In this document: positions 12,082-22,878 of the stretch, in pieces
Position numbering within the stretch: the stretch's first letter is position 1
Layout of the letters: each line of letters opens with the position of its first letter
Source: Paragordius varius
Taxonomy: Eukaryota > Animalia > Nematomorpha
Direction: 5' to 3'
Assembly: GCA_964247055.1 (NCBI GenBank)
Contig: OZ176057.1
Span: 3,658,001-3,722,000 of the forward strand
DNA: 64,000 nucleotides
Position numbers and translations under genes: made by a program
Notes under the pieces: model-generated
The model's input: the letters and a program-made list of their open reading frames with translations, nothing else
What the model was told of the DNA's origin: nothing
Databases searched by the model: none

Positions 12082-13215
12082 ATGAAATATATTTCTATAA
12101 AGTTTATTATTGTTCTAATCAATATATTCCTTTTTACAATATCAATCTTGAGAGGTGTGGAATCAACACACGATGCTAATAACCGGATGTTATATAAAAG
12201 ACATCATAGCGAATATGATAATGGGAATATTGAGGAATATGAATATGGATATGATAGAAATCACAGTAAAATATTCATTTAATCAAAATATAAATGTTTA
12301 AAAACAGTATTAGTTAACCAACTAATTGAGTCATATTTTGAAAAACAACTTCTTATTTTTTTATTGTCTTTATGAGATGAGCTTTAAATATATTGTGCAA
12401 AATTAGATATTTAGTTATAGTTATCAAATCCAAGAGACTCTTTGTGATATTTGATTTAGTCTGGGTGATTGCATACGAATAGCTAGTTATATAAATTAAG
12501 AATTTTTGTTCAAATTTATTAAAAAAATAACGGTGTTTCATATTAGTTTTTGGAATAGCCAATATTAGTTATCTTATATATTTTGTGTAGTATACACTCT
12601 TTGATTACCAAATTAACTTGCAAAGATTTCAATAAAATTATCTAATCATTTCCAGAAAAGAACCTATTTTTGTTTAAAAAAGAGGTTTTTTTTAGTGGTC
12701 GGGCATAAAAGTTTATTAATATTAGGATTACAATTCAGCTATATTTGGATGAATTTATTAAAGTGAATTTTCGATCAATATCATTCAATTATATCTGAAT
12801 TATAATGCCAATATTAGTACAACAATATTTTGACGTGAACAATATCCATTAATTATATATACCATTTATAGTTCAAATTTACCCTTAAAATATTCAATTT
12901 AACCCTAAAATAAATCAAGTGGTTTTTAAGATTAAAAATTACTTATATATTTTTATATTTTTAATATACGAAATTTTGTTTAAAATTAATATAATGTTCA
13001 AAAAATAATAAAACATAATTCATTTTTAAAGTGAATTTGAATTGTTCAAGAGTATATTTGATTTGTAAATGGTATATTTGAAAAATATTCATTTGTTTAT
13101 TCATGCTTTTAACTTTTTTACAGGATGTGCCAAAATGATATGTTTTTTAGTATGTATACATGGTTACGCTAGAGATGAATTCGGATGCAAAAAGTGTCAA
13201 TGTCGCCCATGGTAG
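12082..13215 (+). CDS. Secreted single-domain antistasin-type (I15) serine protease inhibitor, 91 aa (2 exons)
   Basis: Exons 12082-12265 and 13124-13215 (phase 1, GT-AG). MKYISIKFIIVLINIFLFTISILRGVESTHDANNRMLYKRHHSEYDNGNIEEYEYGYDRNHRCAKMICFLVCIHGYARDEFGCKKCQCRPW. Cys spacing C-x4-C-x3-C-x10-C-x2-C-x-C with the internal G..D..GC pattern matches the antistasin fold. Confidence 0.85.
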
Positions 13216-13432
13216 CTGCCCCGACAAAATGTTTAAGAAAATTTTATGAGTTTCCAAAAATTAGCTTTCATCAAAATTAATATTGTCACAAATAAATAAA
13301 TGATATATATGAACAAAAATAATATCTTTCGAAGATGTTTTTAGTAAAATCTGAATATATAGAAAAACAATGAAAATTAAAATAACAAAAATGTTAAATT
13401 TTAATATATTTTTTATGACATATGAATTTTAA

Positions 13433-14488
13433 CACTTGGGTACAACGCATTCATTTCAGTACGTTACAAATTGTGGTCGTTGAATACCCCATAAATAAAA
13501 ATAAAATGAATTGAAACCATGGCAAAAGTTAGCACATAAACAACATTAACACTTGGATACAACACAATTCATTTTAGTCCTTCGATTCATATAGGAATAT
13601 TTAAATACCCCAGGCCTGTTTAAAATTAAATAATATGGAAGGAATCGAAACCATAGCAAAATCTTGCACTTATATATCATTAAAAATATATATAAAAAAA
13701 ATTATTTAAAAATATTTGATATTACTTATTTTGAGCTAAAACCGAAAGGTAAAAATTTAGTCAACGTGACATGCGTGCAATGGTTAAATTGAAAAATAAT
13801 ACAAATTAAACAGCTTTTTCTATTTCTATCAATGTTAGATAATATCGAAATAAATTATTAGCTTTAAATTTACCCTTAAAATTAAATGAAGACAATACTT
13901 TGCAAAAATTTTGTAAAAATAAAAATGGCGTCGAAGTAGTTTGACATGGAACATTTTTTCAAATCAAAATTTTATTGAGATATTTTAGCATATATAATTT
14001 TTATTAGGTTAGAAGCATAAATTAAATTTGGGACCGTTTCCTTCAGTATTTTTTTAAATATCGTAACCCAAATTATAATCAGGGGTATTTTAATATCTAT
14101 GAATCTATGAACTGAAATAAAAAAATCAAAAAATACTTTACTTAATTTATATTAAACCCCAAAGGCAAAATTTAGGCACATGACTGGTGATTAGCTAAAT
14201 TTATTAATAATACAAAATAAGCACTTTTTCTGTTTTTATCATGTTATATGTAATTTTAATAAAAAATTAGCTTTAATAGCTTTAAAAATGATGTAAAATA
14301 AAAATGGCATCCAGGTGGTTTGATATGGAATGAAAACCAATTTTATTAAAATATTTCGGCTTATTTCTATAATTTTTATTGGGATAAAAGCATAAATTTA
14401 AATTGAAGCCGTTTCCTTAAATAGTTTTAAAAAATATCGACTTAAATATAGTCTGGGGTATTTAGATATCCCAATTTGAATTCAAGTG
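13433..14488 (+). mobile_element. Family A element (outer) with a second family A copy nested at 13550-~14098
   Basis: Outer ttaa|CACTT at 13433 and AAGTG|ttaa at 14488. The inner copy starts at the outer element's internal TTAA (13546-13549); its right end is truncated. Confidence 0.8.
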
Positions 14489-14513
14489 TTAAACGAGAAT
14501 CATTAAGTTTTAA

Positions 14514-14735
14514 CTGGAGTGTCTATAAGGCGCCCGCGTTCGGAAATCCATAATTTGCAATATATGCTCCAAAAATTTATAATTGATATTTCCAAATCAT
14601 TTTTTCGAAAAATATCAGTTGACAACGAACTGTAATAAATATAGTATTGCGTTTGCATTACCAGCATGTTGGAGATCGTAACCTAATAAATTTATTTTCA
14701 AATGCGGCCGGCGAAGTCATTTGTTAAGACCCCTG
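14514..14735. mobile_element. hAT-like non-autonomous element, family E
   Basis: Right end CAAATGCGGCCGGCGAAGTCATTTGTTAAGACCCCTG resembles CAGGGGTC...GGCCGCA hAT/Charlie-type termini. Homologous copy at 33123-33451. An 8-bp TSD was not confirmed. Confidence 0.55.
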
Positions 14736-15381
14736 GTTTGAGAAAACGCATTATACTTTAAAGTATGAAAATGAAATAATTTTATCCTTCGGTGGTCACT
14801 TCAAATGTAAATTACAATCATGGTAATTGACAAAATTTGATAATTTGGTTTGTAATTTTAATCATATACAAAATAATATGGTATTACTACAATGTAAAAA
14901 TAATTTTATTTTAAACTCACGATAAAAAATTTTTTTCAATACGTTAACTGTAAAAAATGTACATTAACACACTTATAAATTATATGAATTCTGGAAATAG
15001 TAATAGGATTTTCACAGTGTTTTTGATTTAGGTCTATACGAGTGATTCAAGAAAGTTATTAAATTATTTTTTGTAGTATGTGCTCCATATATGAAAATGG
15101 CGAAATTTGAGCACATTTTTTATATATTTCTTTTGGTCAAAGAAATCACTGCACTATGTTTTAATCTACATAAAAGAATCAACAAACGTGCCATTCTAAA
15201 ATGGACTATATCTCTTAAAATAAAAACAAGAAGGCAGAAATTATTTGCGAAATATTTTAACAGTCCATTACCTTTTATTGGTTTTTAAATAATTCCAAAA
15301 CAGTACTTTATTTAATAAATTGGGATATGGGATATAAAACTGCCCCAAAAGACTAGGATAAAAAATAAAAAGATAAACTAA

Positions 15382-16359
15382 CACATAGATTTAAATTGGG
15401 GTATCTAAATACCCCAGACTAAATTTAAATATATTTTTTTGATCGCCATTTTTAATTTGCAAGATTTGTTTCTAACGTTAAAATTAACACTTGGATACAA
15501 CACATTCATTTTAGTCCTTCGATTCAAATTGGGGTAGTTAAATACCCCAGGCCTGTTAAAAATTAAATTCTTTAAAAATATTGAAGGAATCGAAACCATG
15601 GCAAAATCTTACACTTATATAACATTAATAAACCGAAATATATGAAAAATTTTATTCAAAAATACTTGATATTACTTATTTTAACCTAAAATCGAAAGGT
15701 AAAAATTTACTCAACGTGACATGTGTGTAATGGTAAAATTGAAAATAATGCAAATTAAATCGCGTTTTCTATTTCTATAAATGCTAGATGTAATATAAAT
15801 TAAAAATTAGCTTTAATTTTACCCTTAAAATTAAAAGACGATATTTTGCATATATTTTGTAAAATAAAAATGGCGGCGAAGTAGTTTGACATGGAACTTT
15901 TTTTTCATTACAAAATTTTATTTAGATATTTTGGCGTATTTATATAATTCCTATTAGGATAGAAGCATAAATTTAAATTGGGACCGTTTCCTTCAGTAGT
16001 TTTATAAAAATCCTAGCTCAAATTTTGTCTGGGGTATTTAGATACTCCAATTTGAATCGAACTGTTAAAGCTATTTTTTATTTAAATTAACATTGATAAA
16101 TATAGAAAAAGTTGTAATTTTTCAATTTAGCCAATGCATATATGTTACGACTGAATTTTTACCATTGGGTTTTATATTAAGAAATACCAAGTATTTTAAA
16201 AAATATTGTTTTATATATTTCGGTTTATTTACATTTTATGGGTCAAAAATGTTGCCAGATTCCTTAGATATTTTTTAAATTTAATTTTAAACAGGCCTTG
16301 TGTATCCATTTACCACAATTTAAATATAAGGATTGAAACGAATGTCTTGTATCCAATTG
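15382..16359 (-). mobile_element. Family A element in reverse orientation (outer), interrupted by a forward copy
   Basis: Reverse-complement right end at 15382 and left end GTATCCAATTG|ttaa at 16359; split at its internal AAAATTAAAGCTA site. Confidence 0.8.
15488..16064 (+). mobile_element. Full-length family A piggyBac-like element (577 bp) with a perfect TTAA TSD
   Basis: TTAA at 15484-15487 and 16065-16068; ends CACTTGGATACAACACATTC... and ...CAATTTGAATCGAACTG. Confidence 0.9.
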
Positions 16360-16949
16360 TTAATATGCTAAATTATTCAAAAAAGTTTTATCCTAATGGA
16401 TTTAAAAATTATATTGATGACAAAATTTTGTTGAACCATACTTCATACTATTTTGATATATGATGGAAAAGGTATAAAAACACTTTACATATTATAAAAT
16501 CATCTTTTTATATATTCTATATGCAAACATTTTTGTCACTCAAGTATTACTTTTGTTTGCTTTTAAATTTGGGGGAATATTTGTAAAATAACACAATTTT
16601 ATAGGTCGACTATTGCGCTTTATGATATCGAGCAATTACTAAGCAAGATCAATATATCATTTATCTATCATTATATATTTCATCAGATCATATTATACTC
16701 CCGGTTTTGTGCATAAAACCTTTTGCTTTTTTTGGCATTCTCCAAAATTGCATAAATCAAGTTTTATAAATGTTTTTCAAAATATTATAAATAAAGAATT
16801 CTTTATCTCATGAATTTTTTGGTTGACATTTCCATTCATGATGGAAATACTTGTCTCATAATCGCAGCATTTTAGCGTTCATATAAAAACAATCGAATTG
16901 AGGGGTCCTACCCAAAAATAAAATTCCATAATAATCCTTGTCATTTTAA

Positions 16950-17493
16950 CACTTGGATACAACACATGCATTTTATTCCTTCTATACAAGTTGGGGCAGC
17001 TAAATATCCCAGGTTTAAAAATTATATTTTTTTAAAAGAGAAAAGGAATCAAAACCATGGCAAAATTTTGCTCTTATATAAAATTATAAAAAAATTTATT
17101 CAAAAATACTTGATATTACTTATTTTTTGCTATAACCCAAAGGTAAATAGGCGACGTGACATGTGTGCGATGGTAAATTTAAAAAATAATACAAAATATG
17201 CTCTTTCTTCTATCAATGTTGGATGTAATTCAAATAAAAACTAGCTTAATTTACCCTTAAATTAAATGAAAACGATACTTTGCAAAAATTATGTAAAATT
17301 AAAATGGTGTCGAAGTAGTTTGACATGGAACATTTTTTCAAAACAAATTTTATTTAGATATTTTGGCACATTTATATAATATGTATTAGGATTGAAGCAT
17401 AAATATAAATTGTGACCGTTTAATTCAGTAGTTTTTTAAAAATCCTAAATTATTAGTCTAAGGCAAGTAAATACCCCAATTTGAATCAAAGTG
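16950..17493 (+). mobile_element. Family A piggyBac-like element, ~410 bp upstream of the PKA-R start codon
   Basis: TTAA on both sides, CACTT...AAAGTG ends, internal sequence collinear with the other copies. Confidence 0.85.
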
Positions 17494-17905
17494 TTAATGA
17501 GTTTTTTAATTTGATATTAAATTTTTTATTCATAATTGGCGCTAATTTTGGTCCGGAAATACTAATAACATTCTCAACTATCACCCAAAATTAAAAGCAC
17601 CAATAAAAATATAACAAAATCAAATTATATGCACCGTGATTGCAATGTATTTAACAAATATGCGATAAATATATCATATATAAAATTAAGTTTATAATTA
17701 TTTACTCCTAATCCATAAATGATAAAATTTAAATAACTTTTGGAAACACAGACCAAAAATGCAGATAAAATAAATTTAATATTGTCCTTGGAACATTTCT
17801 TTGTTTGGCTACATTTGATTAACATATCATACCTAGCGCATATAAGTTGTTAAAAATCAATACCGATTACTAAATTTACTTTTTTATTCATTTTTCCTAA
17901 ATTTT

Positions 17906-20900
17906 ATGGCCGATGAACAAGAAAAAACCCTAAAAGAATGTGAAGAATACGTCGATAAACATAAAATTCAACAAATTCTAAAAGATTCCATTGTTCAACT
18001 TTGTATAACAAAACCAGATAATCCAATCACATACCTTAAAAACTATTTTGAAAAGCTTGAAAAGGTATTAATATTTCAATTAATGCTCCTTAAAATATTT
18101 GGTTATAACCTAAATTATAACACTTTCCCATTACCAAATATTTGGCTTAAAATTAAATGACGTCACAGTTCTATGTTTATTATTTTTTATGTAAAAATAA
18201 CGTCATAACATATTTGTTTTGTATTGAATAGATAAATTATCTGTCTATAGTTTTGCTACTTTTTATCATAATCTATATCTTCCTAAAATTTTTGGTAAAA
18301 TTATACATCAGTATATTTATTTTTTTAACTTTAAAATCTACTTAACCTAATTAAACTGTTTGGTGTTAGGGTGCCCAATATCTTAATTTTTCATTTAAAA
18401 ACAACAACTGAAGCTAATCCTTTTACAGCACGAAATCTGTGATTTCCCCCTAAAATGGCTAAAATTAAATAATGTAAAACTTGTGTTTTATATTGAACTG
18501 CCCCTTTTCTGCTATCCATGCCAAAAAAGTTATTATTCGACCTTCACATTTATTTTAGATTCCTCTTTTTCTAATAACCTATTTAGAACCTTGAGACGTC
18601 CTTTTTTACAGTAAATTCTCAAAGTCTGTTTTCGTCTTTTTACCTAAGATTACATTTTTTTAACCAGGAATACATTTGTCATTTTAAATGTTTCAAGAAT
18701 CTTTATTCAGATTAGATTTTTATTATTAAAAACTACTAAAAACCCAGTTTACTTAATTTACTAACCTTTAAAAAACAATTTTTTACTTTTTGTAATTTTA
18801 TTTTATCACAGTCAACGCCTACAAAGTACGAAGGAGACAACAAAAGCCCTAATAATACAAATAATAATATGACACATGAAAATAATTTGGGGCCATCTGG
18901 AGACAATATTGTAGTTCCAAATGCCCCGACCCAGGAAACTCTAAGTCACAGACCTCGGAGAGGGGCGGTCAGTGCAGAAGTTTATACGGAGGAAGATGCT
19001 GCCAATTATGTTAAAAAGGTATTTGCACTGAAAAAGTTTTGAAAAGTTTTAAAAAGTTTTTTGAAAGTTTTTGAGTTATCTTTTTTGAAATGCTAACTTT
19101 GTGATATTATACTTGAATGTTAACTTTTTGATATTATACTTGTATTAAAATTTGAAGTTTTTACAGAGGAAAATGCTGCCAACTATGTTAAAAAAGTTTT
19201 AAAAGTTCAAAAAGTTTTGAAATTTTAAAAAGTGTTTAATTTTGAAATATCTTTTTTTGGAATGTTAACTTTGTGATATTATACTTGTATTAAAATTTGA
19301 AGTTTATACAGAGGAAGATGCTGCGAACTATGTTAAAAAGGTAATACTTTTTAGGACTAAGAAAGTTTTAAAAGTTTTCAAAAGTTTTTGAATTACTTTT
19401 TTGGAATGGCATATAAAATTTTTGCAAGTTTTTTTCTTATAAATGTACGGTTTAAACAATAAAATTTATTTTGTGATTACAAGAGTTTTTTTTTAAAAAG
19501 TTTTAAAAGTTTAAAAAGTTTTGAAAGTTAAAAGTGTTTTGAGTTATCTTTTTTGGAATGTTAACTTTTTGATATTATTATACTTGAATGTTTGAAAATT
19601 TTGGAGTTTATACAGAGGAAAATGCTGAATAAATATTTAATTTGTTGATAACATTTGCTCACCAGAAGATATTTTTTTTGTCGTTTTAAAATGTTGTAAA
19701 ATAGGAAATATTTGATGTTAAAAAGCTTTTTGCACTGATGAGAGTGATAATTCGGAAATTGAAAGTTTTAATAGTTTTAAAAAGTTTTTTGAAATTAAAA
19801 GTGTTTTGAGTTACTTTTTTTGAAATGTTAAACATTTTGATATTATATTTGAATTAAAATTTTGCAAGTTTTTTTCTTAAAAATATACGGTTTAAACAAT
19901 GAATTTCATTATGAGTTTACAAGAGTTTTTGGAAACTCATTTAAAAAATATTTAGATAGTTTCTTGAAATTTAAATTGTTTTGAGTTAACTTTTTTAAAA
20001 TGTTAATTTTTTGATATTGCACTTGAATGTTAATGAAAATTTTGGAATTTTTTTTTTAAAAAATATTAAGTTTCAAATGGTTTTAATATGACTAGAGACT
20101 TTTTAAATTATTTTATATGGGCTTTAATTAATCGTTTTATAAACTTAAAATTTTTTTAAGTTTTACAGTAAAAAATTGAAATTATACGGGTAAAAACATG
20201 AAGATAAATATCTTTTTTAAAGGACAACCCATTGGTATAAATTTTGTTTTAAACTTTAAAGTATCAAATAAAAATATATGTATATTGGTAACACAATCAA
20301 TTATGTATTTTAAAATTGCAAATAAATGTTTTTATATGATAAATTAAGGAGGTTTAAAAAGTATAGTCTTTTTGACTAAAAAATCTAACTTAACATTTAT
20401 CAGTTAGTCTGTATATTTAAAATAATGTTTTCTAAGTTTTAATAATAATCCCAAAAGATATATAAAATTCTCCTTTAGTGTTCATAAGGTTTTCAGGTTT
20501 TTTTAATTTTACTAAATTATCAATCGTAATCTTGTAATTTAAATATTGAGTTTTTGCATAGGACCAATTGTTAAATTGTTCCTTTGTTATAAAGGTTTTA
20601 AATTTATTAAAAGTTTTATTTATTTTTATTTTTAGTATAAATATTTCTTTACATATGCCATCATTCATGATATTGTATAAAATTTTTAAGTTTTTTTTAC
20701 ATGGGTTATGTATTAATTTCTCATCTTTACTATATTTTTAAACAGACCCTATGTTCTCTTTTATTACGGATGGTTCTAAGCTTCTTATTTTTAAAATAGT
20801 TATTTTGATAAAGGTTTGTTAAAAGTCATTTGATAATTGATTTACCAGTTTTAAGCAAAAAAAAATTTTTTCATTTGAAAATGTTGCCAACATTATACTT

Positions 20901-22835
20901 AATAACTGCATTGCAAATGTACTGTTTGTTTTTCAATATTATTCTTTTTTTGAAAGATTTATGCATTTGCGGTTTGAAATTTTATCAAAATATAATTTTA
21001 CATGATATTATATACCAATATTTAAATACAAAAAAAAGTAATTAATTTTATTTTATATGTGTTTTAGGTAATCCCAAAGGATTACAAAACAATGCAAAGC
21101 TTAGCAAAGGCCATCTCGAAAAATGTATTATTCACGCATTTAGATGAAAAGGAACGAAGGTTAGTGTTCGTAATTTAAAATGCTATTTATTACAGTATGC
21201 ATTTTAATGTTTTTTGCTTATTTCACATGCTATAGTAGGGGGCAATTTGCAACACTGGAGTGTATGGAAAAAAAGAAAGGGCGAAATTGTTTATTTAACA
21301 TTTTATCGTTTTTTCCATACCCTACTGTTGTGTTGCAAATTGCCCTACTATAGTGTACTATAAGCAACCATTAAAATGCATACTGTAATATATACCATTT
21401 ACAATTCAAATTTACCCTTAAACAATTCCAAATCACCCTTGAACAATTCAAATTCTCCCTTAAATTAATTATGTTTTTAAGATTAAAATTTACCTATATT
21501 TTTATATATTTAATGAAAATTATGTTTTCAATTAAAATAATACTGAAAAAATAATAAACTATGCCATAAAGATGTATTTCATAATTATAATAAGTTATAT
21601 TAGTTGAAAAACATACACATAATTTATTTTTAGCGTTTGAATTGTTCAAGGGTGAATTCGAACTGTAAATGTTATATATATATATATATATATATAAATA
21701 AGGTATTAAATTTTTTAATAAAAAATATTAAGAAATGATATGGGATATCTTATTTTAATAAGTTTGTGCATAAAATCAATTTTAATTTAATTTTATTGAC
21801 ATAAAATATGTGGTATTTACGTTTCATTGATTAGTCATAAGAAGTAGTATTTTTTAAGAATCTTTATTTAAATTTTTTTACAGTGTCGTTTATATTTTTT
21901 TATAGAAGTATTTTAAATGGTAAAACCAGGAATTAAAAAATTTACTTAATGTTTTACTTTGTTTCGTAACCAGTTCGGAGTGCTTAATTATATTATATTT
22001 TTATGTAGAAATATCACTTGATAAATATATTTTAATTAAAGGTTATTTCCAATTTTAAACAAAAATATGTGAAAATCGTTAGATGAGTATCAAATAACAT
22101 TTTTTAATTAAAATTGGTATGTAGAAAATAATTTACAATTTGAAAAAAATGTAAAAAAGGTTTTTTAGAGATATTTTTTAGATTTTGGAATTTTTTTATA
22201 AATTTATTTTCACTTTATACATATATAGCGACATTTTTGATGCCATGTTTCTGGTGACTCACAAGGCCGGAGATATTGTCATTAAACAAGGTATGATTAT
22301 ATTTATAATATTAAATATTTAACCATTTAATTTTTAAATTTTTTTTAAGTTTTTAATATCAATCAATATGAATAATTTTTTATTGTATTTTTATATAAAA
22401 ATTAATATTTTTCAATCATTTTTTGGATAAAAAAATAAAAAAAGACCAATTATACCTATTTTTTTATTCAACTCCTATAAAGTTAGAAATATATGCCATT
22501 TACAATTCAAAATCACTCTTGAACATTAAAAATTCATCTTAAAATAAATTTAATGTTTTTTAGGATTAAAAATAACCCATATTTTCATGTACTTTTTAAA
22601 ATAAAATTAAAATATACTAAAAAAATAATAAACTATGCCGTAAAGTTATTTTTCATATTAATGATGAGTTACAATAGCCATAAAAGTCATTATTTATTTT
22701 TAGGGTGAATTTAAATTGTTTTAGGGTAAATTTGAATTGTTTAAGGTGAATCGTAAATGGTATAGTTTTAGGTAGTTTAAACAAAAACGTGTATATTTTA
22801 TAGTTAACAAATTATACACATATTAATGATTTATA

Positions 22836-22878
<43 letters not shown>

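Noticed and set aside
15405-17244. ORFs 15405-15599, 16206-16463 and 16966-17244 that resemble each other
   Set aside because: They are chance frames through family A repeat copies, not paralogous genes; no transposase motifs.
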